In this document: one piece after another, positions 12,951 through 24,494 of the stretch
How the letters are laid out: the number at the start of each line of letters is the position of its first letter
Position numbering within the stretch: position 1 is the stretch's first letter
From: Octopus bimaculoides
Taxonomy: Eukaryota
Direction: 5' to 3'
Assembly (NCBI RefSeq): GCF_001194135.2
Contig: NC_068983.1
Coordinates: 155,344,290 to 155,408,248, forward strand
Length of the DNA: 63,959 nt
Notes under the pieces: model-generated
The model's input: only the letters and a program-made list of their open reading frames with translations
What the model was told of the DNA's origin: nothing
Databases searched by the model: none
Position numbers and translations under genes: made by a program

Positions 12951-13900
12951 TTACTTCTAGTACCGGCGCATTGAATAATTCACAAAATACTTCCACGGGC
13001 AGTTCTTCGTGATCTTTGGTATGCCTCTTACTTAGCTGGTTTATATGTCTCTTATGTTCACCGTTACATCGTACTTCCAATTTTTCTAGTAACAAGGCCA
13101 TCTTTCCAGCCTTCTTAACCATTTCTATAGGTTTTGAAATGCACTTTATCACCTGACTCAACGTATTTCGTTGGCTCTTTCGTATTTCCTATACGTCTTG
13201 TTTTTCTCTGGTAATGGCTCATCAAAAATGGATTTTATTCTCATTGCGTTAATCCTGTGGGAGAGTCTCTGAATTTGTACTTGGATTGGAGGTTGGGGGT
13301 GTCACTCTGTATATTCTTTAGAAATTTGTCAGTGCTTCGTCAATTCATTATTCGTTTTTCTTAAGGCTCTCTTAAAAGTGTCCATAAATCTTTCTACCTA
13401 GCCCTTTGACTTCGGGTGGTAGGGTGGAGTGAAAATTTACTTTATCGCATGCCTTTTACAGACGTTCTTGAATTCATATGCAAAGAATTGCGTTCCGTTG
13501 TCTTAAACTAGCGTGTCAGGAACACAGTATTGCGCAAACAATTCGTATAAGAACTTTATAGTTGTCTCACCTGCAAACATCCGGCCACTTACTACAGCTA
13601 TCTGCTACGATTAGGTAGTAAGTGCCATTTACCGGCCCAGCATAGTCAATGTGTAACCTAGACCATGGGTTCTCCGCCTCTGTCCACGATTGATATTTTA
13701 TCGGTGGGGCTTTGGCTGCGATCGCGCAAAATCGGCACATTCTCACTAAGCTACCGGCATCTTGTTCCATAGACTGCCAATAGACATAACTCTTCATCAA
13801 ACTTTTCATCCTTGCCATTCCTGGGTGTCTGTTATGAAATTGCTGCAATATACCTTTTTTTAATGTGGTTGGAACCACCATTCTTTGGGCATACTTCAGA
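12951..13900 (-). pseudogene. pol: Gypsy integrase (HHCC zinc finger, first DDE aspartate, C-terminal tail), disrupted
   Basis: FHNRHPGMARMKSLMKSYVYW...CRFC...PWSRLHIDYAGP...LIVADSCSKWP; C-terminal KRHINQL. Confidence 0.92.
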
Positions 13901-14085
13901 ATTTCATCGCAAATTGAAAAACTACTGGCATCTGAATTTTTACTCTTTATTTTTTAAAGTTTCTTTTATTTTCGTAATATATTTACCACTTACAGCTTTC
14001 ATTCTTATATCCTGTGCTGTCACTGGTAGTTCTTGGATAACTTTCATCATAACACTATTAATTTCACTTTCTGCCTACAGTGCAG

Positions 14086-14443
14086 CTATAAGTCTCTGCT
14101 AGTGGTTCCATCTTTTTTGGAATTAATCTCGAAAGGCAGGCCACATGACCGATTTTTCGAAGGAATGTATTGCATTTTGAAATCATAATTTAGTAATATT
14201 ACACCCCACTGTAGCAGGTGGTTCGCAGTATGAGTCGGTAACCTTTTTATAGACCCATAAATTGACGCAAAGGTCTGTTTGCAATAAAAGGGCCTCCTTT
14301 TCAATTTGACTATATCTCTTCTCTGCCGCTATTAGCGAGCGCGAGACATGGACCACTGGTTTTGTACTTCCGTCTTCGTATTTATGAAGTAGAATTGCAC
14401 CTAATCCGTGCTCGGAAACATCAGACGCTATAATGATGTCCAT
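14086..14443 (-). pseudogene. pol: Gypsy RNase H, frameshifted
   Basis: IASDVSEHGLGAILLH...KPVVHVSRSL..AEKRYSQIEKEAL; LLQWGVILLNYDFKMQY. Confidence 0.92.
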
Positions 14444-14660
14444 TTCGGGATCCTAATGTGCTTACGACAGGTCTGAGATTACAATTTTCTTTTATTTCTT
14501 CAAAAGTATTTGGCATTTAGTGGAACACTTTACTACTTCTTTTAATAAGTCATTCAATGGAGCTCTTAACTTGTACATATTCGAAATGTAGTTTTGGCAG
14601 TAGTTTACCAACCCGAGAAATGCTTGTAAAGTTGGAATATTTGTGGTGCAGGCATATTCC

Positions 14661-15130
14661 TTATTGCATCTGCCCTTGACGGATCAGGACGTCTACCTCT
14701 TTTATTTGCCCTAAGTATTTAATTTGAAGTAGAAAGAAGTCGCATTTTGCTTCACCCAAAGTGAACCCGAAAACTTTAATTTTCTTAAACACTGCTTTTA
14801 TGTGTTCCACATGCTGTTCGCGAGAATTGCTCTTGCTCAAAATATCGTTCAAGTACGGAATTGCAAATTCACATTCGGACAACTTAGTATTCATGATTCA
14901 CGGGAATATTGCTGGTGCCACTTTTAATCCAAAAGTTAATCGTGTGTATCTGGACAATCCTCTACGTGTATTTATAGTAAAATATTTTGAGCATTGTTCA
15001 TTTACCTTTATCTGTAAATAGGCTCCAGACAGATCTAATTTGGAAAAAAACTTTCCATCATTTAACTGAAAAAATGTCTCTGTTTCTACTTACTTGGAAA
15101 TAGGCTTCCGTCTCTCTACATAGACCTAGA
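14661..15130 (-). pseudogene. pol: Gypsy reverse transcriptase with internal deletion and stop; catalytic motif reads YLND
   Basis: FSKLDLSGAYLQI...RLTFGLKVAPAIFP*IM...YLNDIL (14844-14855)...KCDFF..IKYLG. Confidence 0.92.
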
Positions 15131-15199
15131 TCCTCTGATAACACTTGCTGGAATATTTTTTTCTTCAGTTCTTCCGAAGACTTGTTTTTAACGGTACAA

Positions 15200-15500
15200 T
15201 CATTTATGTTATTGCAGTAAAGATTTATGGGGTGGTGCCATAAATCGAATAGTTCTAATCAATCTGCGCCTAACAGATTGATTATATTATGCATAACGAA
15301 TAATTTTGCTTCGCGTGTCTCTCCTCGAAATGTGACGTCGATACATGTTTTTCCCATGAAATGTAATTTATCGCCTGTTACACCACGCGCTATTTTCGCT
15401 GTTTTACGTAATCTTGTTTTTTACCAAATTTTCCCCAGGTATCCGCATTTATAATCGAGATGTCACTACCTGTGTCTAACTGTAATTTGGTATTCACATA
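15200..15500 (-). pseudogene. pol: Gypsy aspartic protease
   Basis: LQLDTGSDISII motif, with DTG at 15468-15476. Confidence 0.88.
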
Positions 15501-15559
15501 ATTTATTTTTACGTGCACGAATTTTCTTGTTCTTCTGTCGCAATCACTCTCCGCTGAAA

Positions 15560-16325
15560 ACACCTTAAAACTTTGGAACCTTGAGAACGCCTGTGTCCCA
15601 GTTTATTTTGTTTTTAAACGGACAATCCTTTTTGTAGTGTAGACGTCCATAGTCATAACACCGATTGGAGCCTGACACTTTTTCTGATTGTGCTTCCCGG
15701 GACGACACATTTGAATTTTTGCAGAGTCTTTCTCTTGTATTTTTTTCAAATCATATTTAAGATTTAACATAGTATGACATTCTTCTGCGATGGTCTGTAA
15801 AGATAAATCCTGGTTCACTTGCTCCATTTTCGAGAGAATCTTTGCCTGAATTTCTCTATCTTCAGGTGCTATAAGTTCTTGCACGAAAACAAGTGATTTG
15901 AACATATCCTGAGATCCTGGAGTTTGAAATTTTCGCACATACGGTTGATTACTCCGGTGTAGGTGATACAATCCTCCTCCTCATTTTTTGTTAAGTCCCA
16001 ACACTCCATTTTGATGTTGAATAATGAAATTCTATCGCCAAAACTTTTTGAAAGAGGTTCCACGGTTTCTTGGAAATCAAGCTCACTCGACTTTTTGGGG
16101 AGAATAAAGTTACAGTAACGTTCATGATCGGCAGGAGCTACCTTGCGTAGCAAAAACCTTACTTTCTACTCCTCTGACTATGACTTGCACTCATTGTTAA
16201 AAATTACCTCGTATCTTCTATAATACACAAGAAACGTAATACTCTCCTCCGGGTTATACGTAAATTCATAAATTGCGTTAGCCACGCCGTCTGACGTAAA
16301 CGAGCTTTCTGGATTTTCGGCCTTC
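15560..16325 (-). pseudogene. gag: Gypsy gag (K02A2.6 type), frameshifted, with degenerate CCHC knuckle
   Basis: EFTYNPEESITF..YYRRYEVIF; LRKV...HERYCNFILPK..ELDFQETV; knuckle CYDYGRLHYKKDCPF. Confidence 0.88.
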
Positions 16326-16560
16326 ATCTCGAAGCCCCACCTCCGCCGTTCCAAACTTTCTTCCTCTGGCAAGGTGAGAAATTCCCTGCCAGATGGGTTT
16401 TAACGCCTTTTCAATTTGAATTGTAGTCATTAATTCGATATTCTTGGTTTTGACAGAGTAAGTTCTATAGATTATCATTTTTTCTTTGGCCTTCTGTAAT
16501 TCTTCTTGGGGAGGGGGTCACCTTTACGCTGTGCCCCTCCCTACGAAGCATATTTTTGTA
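16325..16560 (-). pseudogene. Probable L1/Tx1-type ORF1 N-terminal fragment
   Basis: EELQKAKEKMIIYRTYSVKTK...LARGRKFGTAEV; does not resemble Gypsy gag; assignment is from recalled similarity only. Confidence 0.55.
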
Positions 16561-16879
16561 TTTACCNNNNNNNNNNNNNNNNNNNNNNNNNNNNNNNNNN
16601 NNNNNNNNNNNNNNNNNNNNNNNNNNNNNNNNNNNNNNNNNNNNNNNNNNNNNNNNNNNNNNNNNNNNNNNNNNNNNNNNNNNNNNNNNNNNNNNNNNNN
16701 NNNNACTGTGCTACCCACTTCAAACAAGGGGAAACACGTCGACAAAATTGCCGTAAGGCAGCAGAACAAAAAGTGTTGTTCAACACAAAACAAATAGAAT
16801 AAACAGCAATTCAACAATACAATAATTAATTTAACAGAGTGACTTACTACAAATACGCCTTTTAACAGAAAGTGGGACT

Positions 16880-18105
16880 AGCACGATGATTTTATTCAAA
16901 CCACAGGGGTTAAACAAAGGGGGGACAATACACGGGACAAATAGGGATCGGGGACTTGTCGGATGAGATTACATATAGTGAATAAAAACATAATTGCGAA
17001 TGAAAATGAAAGAATGAATGGACGCGGAATAGGTTTGACCCCCACCACCCACATTCCTGCGTTGAACCGTTTACTCCGTCCTTTTTTTCTTCCGCTTAAT
17101 TAGGCACTTACATACCCAACATTCGGATTACTTTCTTCCATTCTTATCGTACTTTTTTGCCATCAGGCATTTTCTCCCCACACGTGCTTTCCCTCTTAGG
17201 TGATATAGGAAGTGGTTAACCAAAGCACGCCCGGAGACGAAGGTGCTTGATGCAATACCTCTTCCACACGTCTTCCATATCACCTCTTTCGCTATAGCTA
17301 TTACGGCTAGAAAGCAGAATTTCTCTTGTTTTAGAGAAGACGGTGGAACGATCTTAATAATCGACTCGGCTGACAGCTGTACTCTCCCCAGCTGTGACAA
17401 TGCTCGTTCGGCAGAAACCCACAGATCCGAGAGACTCGGACACTGCACGACTGCATGGAGAACAGTGTCGTTGCTCTGCTCGCAACGTGGATACGTAGGT
17501 GAATCTATAGGTGACGAGCCGAAAGTCCTTCGATGCAGGTTGGCAAGTTGACTTTCATCGAAACGCAAGGTCTCCTCCAGGCCCTCATCACACTTGCCCT
17601 CTACCAGCTGAGGTGGTACCCCCTCCGCTGACATTGCTCGTTTGAGAGAGAAGCACGAGCGCCTGTCGACACTCTGCTTGCCAATCTCCCAGCCTTGGTC
17701 TACCCCTGATCCAGCATTCCAGTTGACCAAAAGAGGTGAACCTGGGAAATATCTCATCATCGAACTGAGACCACATCCGCTCACCGTTCAAGTAGTCTCA
17801 ACCTCAGCGCATGTCTGCGCATCTTTATGTACGGCATCTCTAACCCATCTTTTAGCGGCTGTTGGCAGCAGATAGAGCGCCTTACAAGAGGCCACCTGTC
17901 CTCCCACAAGAAAGGAAAGAGCATGCCTTCCAACTTGTTTAGCCATGGATCGGGGCACAGCACGATGGTTAGGTGGTAGGTAATAACAGATGCACTAAAC
18001 ACATTTTCCACCTCTGCTCTCCCTTTCAGGAATAGCCTCCGCCCAGACCAGGTCTGAGTTATGCACGCCACCCTGTCCGTAACCTCGCTCCAATTCTTCT
18101 TCTCT
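16880..18105 (-). mobile_element. L1/Tx1-clade LINE 3' portion (RT C-terminus, zf-RVT, 3' UTR with AATAAA)
   Basis: NWSEVTDRVA..TQTWSGRRL.LKGRAEV..FLW....LVRRSICCQ.P..GL.MP; zf-RVT-like PRCEQSNDTVLHAVVQCPSL..LW; AATAAA near 16890. Confidence 0.88.
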
Positions 18106-18234
18106 ATCTCACTACTTCACTTACTCAGACCGCTGCTATTTATATGTAGTGGTCCAGTCGATTCCCGCCAGGGGAGTCGTACATAACACCTCTCTCCAAA
18201 ATTTCAGGCCTTGTGCCTATAGTAGAAAGGTTTA

Positions 18235-18280
<46 letters not shown>

Positions 18281-18411
18281 ACACACATATACAGGTATGG
18301 TTTGTATGTATGTATGAACACGTGTACCTGAATACGCACAAATAAATACACTGTCGTAAAAAAAGAAAGGAAAAAAAGTAAATTATATATATCATTTAAA
18401 AACACTTTTTT

Positions 18412-18799
18412 TTTTACTTGCTTCAGCCATCGGACTACGGCCGTGATTGATCACTGCTTTGAAAGGTTTCGTCAAACAACCCGACCCCGGAACCTACGAT
18501 TTTAGGCTTGGTATTTATTCTATCGTTCATCTTTGCTGAACCGCTAGGTTACAAGGACGTAAACAAGCCAACACCAGTTGTCAAGAGGTGGTGGTAGCAC
18601 AAACGCACATACACATAGCTATAAACACACACACACACATGCGACGGGCTTCTTTTAGTTTCCAATCTCACTCGCAAGGTGTTGGTCGGATTGTGGATAT
18701 TGTAGAAAATACTTTTGCAAGGTGTCGCAGTGTAGGCCCGAACCTTAGATTACACTGTTAGGAAGTTTGCTGTCCAACTACACCGCCTCACCTGCCCCT
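18412..18799 (-). mobile_element. SINE family C, old full-length copy
   Basis: Diverged match along head, core, CA tract and tail. Confidence 0.8.
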
Positions 18800-20073
18800 A
18801 CATACATACAGACAGACATACGTGTTGCTTGAAGTATTGTTGTATGTAAATAATGAAATAAATGCCTGCAAGACCTTTGTGCAATGAAGATGGAGTGTTA
18901 ATGAAACTAAGCAGAGTCTTGTCAATAAATGAAAGAAATATGAATGTATTGAATGTATTACACAGATTACTTAACAAACTTGTTTCATCCCGAAATATTA
19001 TAGGTTTCTTAAACAATCTATGTAAGCTGTTACGATAGTTTTATCATAATAGGGATAAATCGCCACTGTAAATGACTGAGATGGCTTGCTGACAATTGCA
19101 ACAACTCTGGACTGTTAGATTCTTGTCACTCTTATTTGAAAAGGCGTTTTACCCCGAAATAATATAGGCTTCTGAAGCAACCTATGCAAGCTAATACGAC
19201 AGTTTTATCTTTATCTTCCATACATTGATATCACCTTACATCTGCATTTCTCAGATGTTATACTGATATTTATCGCATCATATATATCATAAAAAGAACA
19301 GTGACAAAGAATATGAGATAAATTGGAAGAAAAAATGAGATGTGCTTGTAATATAAAATATATGGATTCTCAGTCGGTTTCGAAAATGAATGTTTATTTG
19401 TTCGTCCAACTGAAATAAGTAGTCGTTGAGTGTTGAAGCATTCCATAGATGTGTTCTCTTAAATTATTCTTTAGGTATTTTTGTTTATCGTGTCCACAGA
19501 GTTGAAAAAATTGACGAGGACCTGGTAATTAAAAGTAGATAGGTAATGAATATTCACCCTAAAGGACAATGGGACTGAACGAATACATTTTAAAGAAGTT
19601 TCTATCCCTTTTTCCAGCACTGAGTTAAATGAAATATGTAAAAATAAAGTTCTTTGACCAAGAACCACATAGAATACTTTCAATAGATTTGAACTTTCAA
19701 CTCTTAGGTTGGCTGTTCAATACTTTATTCACAGTTAGCTTAAAACATATCCAGAAATCGGTAAATGTATACGGGGATAGCAACTGTGTCAAAGTGAAAG
19801 CAATTTCAAATATTTTCCTGTTAACAAGCTAGATTCAAGTGATATAATGTTCAACCCCTCATTAACATGTCAAAACACAAAACACTTCTAACCTAACTTG
19901 TAGAAATGTTTTAAGCACACCATTTATAATTAGCTGTTACTTATTTCTCTGCAGTAATTGTTTCAGTAAACCAATACATGTGACTGAAAGAATTGCATCT
20001 TTTCCTTCATCCTCTAACGATGTAAGCAACACAATAGCATAGTGTTGCAGAGATTTTTTTTTTTTACTTTCGT

Positions 20074-20405
20074 TCTTTTATTACTTGTTTCAATCACAAG
20101 ACTGCGGCCATGCTGATGCTGGAGCTCTCTTGAAGCGTTAGTCAAGCAAATCGACCCTGGTATTTATTCTATCGGTTTATTGTGCCGAGCTGCTAAGTTA
20201 CGGGATGGGAGACAAATACAAGTGAAAAGATAAGCACACACGTGCGCGCGTAGGAGAGGCTTCTTTTAATCTCCATCTACCAAATCCAATCACAAGGCTT
20301 TGGTTGGCCCGGGACTATAGTAGAAAACACCCAAAGTACTAAACAGTGGACTGAAGCCGACACCATGAGCTTGGAGAGCAAACGTCTTACTTCAAGCCAC
20401 GTCTA
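20074..20405 (-). mobile_element. SINE family C, diverged
   Basis: Match to C tail and core (cacaaggctttggttggcccggg). Confidence 0.8.
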
Positions 20406-20434
20406 CCGTAAGATTTATGATATTATTATTATAT

Positions 20435-20560
20435 AAAGCGGCGAGTTGGCAGAATCGTTTGCACACCGGACGAAATGCTCAGCGGTATTTCGCTCGTCGC
20501 TACGTTCTGAGTTCAAATTCCGCCGAAGTCCACTTTACCTTTCGTTCTTTCGAGGTCGCT
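20435..20560 (+). mobile_element. SINE B 5' fragment
   Basis: B head with A and B boxes. Confidence 0.85.
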
Positions 20561-20811
20561 AATGTACTGTATAAACTTTGATTGCAAATTTTTCGCAAAC
20601 ATATGTTCTTTTNNNNNNNNNNAACTTTCGTTCTTTCGAGGTCGCTAATGTACTGTATAAACTTTGATCAAATTTTTCGCAAACATATGTTCTTTTTTTT
20701 TGTTGTTTTTTGTTTATTAGTGTTTCAATATGGCCACCACAATTTTTGAAAGCCGGTAAGTCGATTACACAAAAAAAACAATCTAACCTTACCGCTTATA
20801 ATTTGTCGCAG

Positions 20812-20970
20812 TTTGATAACTGAAAGTTCAAACTTGTATGATACTGTGGGCGGTATCAGCAGCAAGCAGGTCGTCTCTTTCAAGTATTGTGAGCCACAGC
20901 GAAATACAATGGAAAAAGAAGGGGATCAGAAAAAGAAAATACCTTTGATGAAGAATTTATCCAGTAAAAG
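20812..20970 (+). CDS. Candidate internal exon of an unidentified gene (LITESSNLYDTVGGISSKQVVSFKYCEPQRNTMEKEGDQKKKIPLMKNLSSK)
   Basis: CTAAC branch-like site near 20783, tttgtcgcAG acceptor, 159 nt open in one frame only, phase 2-2, AG|GTGAGA donor; no recognisable homology. Confidence 0.3.
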
Positions 20971-21052
20971 GTGAGAAGTTAACGCACACTTTCTAAAAAG
21001 ACCTCAAGGAAAATGGAGAAAAACTTGGCTCATGTTTGGCACGTTGTTTTTT

Positions 21053-21337
21053 TTAAATTTTTACCATCCTTGATAGATGAGAAAACTGGTATAGCTGGTA
21101 CTTTCTCCCAAATCGGGGCCGCAAAACACGAGGAAAAGAAATATCAGGTTCAGTAGCAGAGATATTGGTAACGATCCTCGGCTTGACACACAGTACGGGT
21201 ACATGGGTATGTGGAAGTGTTCTGCAACAATATGTGGTCAAACCGTATCTGTATGTATGTTCAGGTTCTAATAACACTCGAAGACTATAAGAATAACTCG
21301 GAATTATACCATATTTAGAAAGTGAAGAGCGTATCAT
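21053..21337 (-). CDS. Candidate ATG-initiated ORF or first exon of unknown product
   Basis: 94-codon ORF in a GC-enriched non-repeat island; ATG context gccaccgctATGa; possible donor ATG|GTAAAA; other frames are also fairly open. Confidence 0.2.
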   Translation of the reverse strand: MIRSSLSKYGIIPSYSYSLRVLLEPEHTYRYGLTTYCCRTLPHTHVPVLCVKPRIVTNISATEPDISFPRVLRPRFGRKYQLYQFSHLSRMVKI

Positions 21338-22326
21338 AGCGGTGGCGCCGGGCAGGATGTGCAGCTTTCACATGTGTTGGAGTAGAGGTCATTTAAGTAC
21401 CTTCCAACCAGAAGAGGAAAAGAAAACAGAAGGCAAGCAATAGCACAGTTTTTAATAACGCCAATTGGCTTCAAGAAACACCTATTTTTATATAACACGG
21501 CTTGTCATCAAAGAAAGAATTATCATTATTACTTTTATAGATTTTTATAAATTTGACTCGGGTTCGTTCTTATTCCTAGCAGATCTTATGTGGTAACCTT
21601 AGGTATCCACAAGCTTTCAATAGTCTTTCAAGTGCTTAAGACCCTCCTGATAATCTTTCCTACCCCCCCCCCCCACTAAGAGGCAAACTTTCGGTAGAAG
21701 TTCTACAAGATATTCTATTCCAATCTCCTCCAATCATTTTTTTTTAATATCTTTACTTACAGTTCCCAATACATCAATTATTACAGATACGACCTTTACA
21801 ATTTTCATACTCCAAATTCTTGCAACTTCAAATTTTAAAGATTTATCATTATTATTATTATTATTATTATTCTTATTATCATCATCATCACGATGCAGAA
21901 TTAACCACGCTGGATTTTAAATATACTTACTAAGAGATTTACTTCAATAGTGTTTGCCCTTTATACAGATTACGAGACAGTTATACACGAGAATGGATAT
22001 ACAGTAAATACAATTAAAGAAGAACATTATCTACGCATTTTGTTTATTTGGCATAAAATTAGCTGCAGCTGCTAATTTAACAACGGTGACCCTCAAGCAA
22101 GGTCAGTGAGAAACTCATGCGTTAACATATCATCATGCGACCCATCATTTTTTTTTTTTCGAAAAATTATCAGTAATATTAGTTGTTCCACGTCTTTAAA
22201 AAAATTTGATAAAGCAGCCCCTACAACACCAATACCTTACTAGAGAGTGAATTAAAGAACAAAATTACTCATTCATCTAATTCCACGCCCTACCAACTTA
22301 GAAAAGATATCGTAAGTTGATACATT

Positions 22327-23130
22327 AAAGCGGCGAGCTGGCAGAATCATTGTCTGGCCGGACAAAATGCTTAGCGGCATTTTAAGTACTAGTCAAACAC
22401 GGGTCGGTGTAATCGACTTATCTCCAGACTTATAGCTGGCCTTGTTTCAAAATTTGAAACCAATATTATTCGACACATTATTTTTTTATTACTTCAATCT
22501 AATATCGTAAAAAAACCCTTAACTACAAATATTGGTTTCAAATTTTGGCACAGGGCCAGCAATCTTTAGAGGAGGGGTAAGTTAGTTCTATCAACTCCAG
22601 TATTCAACTGGTACTTATTTTATCGATCACTTATTTTATCGACCTCGGCGGAATTTGAACTCAGAACGGAAAGATGGCTGAAATACCTATTTCTTTACTT
22701 CCCACAAAGGGTTACACACAGAGGGGACAAACAAGGACAGACAAACGGATTAAGCCGATTATATCGACACCAGTGCGTAACTGGTACTTAATTTATCGAC
22801 CCCGAAAGGATGAAAGGCAAAGTCGACCTCGGCGGAATTTGAACTCAGAACGCAGTGGCAGACGAAATACCGCTAAGAAGTTTGCCCGGTGTGCCAACGA
22901 TTCTTCTAGCTTGCTGCCTTCTTAACTACAAATATTCCTTTCTACAATAGTCACAAAGCCCGAAATTTTATAGGAGGGAGTAAATCGTTTACATCGACCC
23001 CTGTGCTCAACTGGTACTTATTTTAACGACCCCAGAAAGGATGAAATGCAAAGTCGACCTCGGCGGAATATGAACTCGGAACGTAAAGATTTTGCCCGGC
23101 GTGCTAAAAATTCTGCCAGCTCGCCGCCTT
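22327..23130. mobile_element. Cluster of four B/B2 SINEs (22327-22470 +, 22530-22678 -, B2 22679-22922 -, 22935-23130 -)
   Basis: Repeated B heads, cores and tails. Confidence 0.9.
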
Positions 23131-23169
23131 CTCAACTACAAATCTTGAAAGCTAATAAAACTGAAGTCA

Positions 23170-23500
23170 TGCACTCATACAGAAACACCAAAATATGTCC
23201 ATTAAATGTCTTGCAACACATAAACCACGTTTATTAAACAGAGGTTACCTCCATAAAATATAACCTCGAAATGGCACCTCTAAACGTGTACGATGACCAA
23301 AGGGAAATTCAAGCAAAAATTCTACAACCGTACTTCAATCTTTAGGCCCATTGATAAAAGAAATGTAACAAAATTAAACGAATATATTTGGCAATTAAAA
23401 GGAAAAGCTTCTAACTACGACGTTAAGTGGCAGATCACTGAAAGATCAAAGCTTTCCAAGAATGAACATAAAACGCGATTTTTAGACAGCGCAAAACTAG
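23170..23500 (+). pseudogene. Penelope-like element GIY-YIG endonuclease fragment
   Basis: RNTKICPLN...VY*TEVTS then MTKGKFKQKFYNRTSIF...TKLNEYIWQLK...YDVKWQI, typical of the PLE endonuclease region. Confidence 0.8.
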
Positions 23501-23610
23501 TCTTAAAAGTTATCTACATTATCATGATCTCTAATTAAATAGCAGGTCAGAAATTTTTTAAAGAAGTGTTGGCGTTTTGAGAAGCATCTGAGCTACATCA
23601 TCGTTATCAG

Positions 23611-23723
<113 letters not shown>

Positions 23724-24178
23724 TACATACACACAAGCTTATGCATACACAAATGCTTGTACGTTTAGAATTATTAGTACAACAGAATATGCAGCTAACA
23801 ATGTTAATGCCAACTTCAAGAAGATGAGTTTCACAAAAGCCTGAAGAGATATAATTACAGAATTACAACCACAAGGAATTAATGGAACATTCATTCTAAA
23901 AGTTCATCATATAAAATATATATATATATATATATATATATTGTTCCAGTCATTAGACTGCAGCCATGGTGGGAAACCACCTTGAAGAATTTTAGGCGCT
24001 GGTGGGGACAAGCACAGGCGCGCGCGCACGCACACACACACACACACTACATATATGAAAAGCAAAAAGTAAACAGCAGAAAGGGTCTGTCGACTATCGG
24101 ACTAATGTAACATATGAAACAAAATTATACATATACAATTGACAAGCGCCTTTCTGCTGTGTATAAATATATATATAT

Positions 24179-24494
24179 AGGCGTAGGAGTGGCTGTGTGG
24201 TAAGTAGCTTGCTTACCAACCACATGGTTCCGGGTTCAGTCCCACTGCGTGGCACCTTGGGCAAGTGTCTTCTACTATAGCCTCGGGCCGACCAAAGCCT
24301 TGTGAGTGGATTTGGTAGACGGAAACTGAAAGAAGCCCATCGTATATATATATATATGTGTATGTATATATATGTGTGTGTGTATGTTTGTGTGTCTGTG
24401 TTTGTCCCCCCAACATCGCTTGACAACCGATGCTGGTGTGTTTACGTCCCCATAACTTAGCGGTTCGGCAAAAAGAGACCGATAGAATAAGTAC
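24179..24494 (+). mobile_element. SINE family C, well-preserved copy cut by a gap
   Basis: aggcgtaggagtggctgtgtgg head, B box GGTTCAGTCCC, core, internal (TA/TG) tract. Confidence 0.95.

Larger units (their letters stand above)
11936..18188 (-). mobile_element. Decayed Ty3/Gypsy LTR retrotransposon (K02A2.6-like) with internal Tx1/L1-type replacement
   Basis: TGTCA...TAACA termini; shared LTR segment tcacttactcagac(..)ttatatgtagtggtccagtc at about 12109-12142 and 18117-18159; gag-PR-RT-RH-IN order; imperfect 5-bp flanks ACTCC/CCTCT. Confidence 0.9.

Noticed and set aside
20538-20697. About 75-bp tandem duplication with a small indel
   Set aside because: It also flanks a 10-N gap and is likely a haplotype or overlap artefact.
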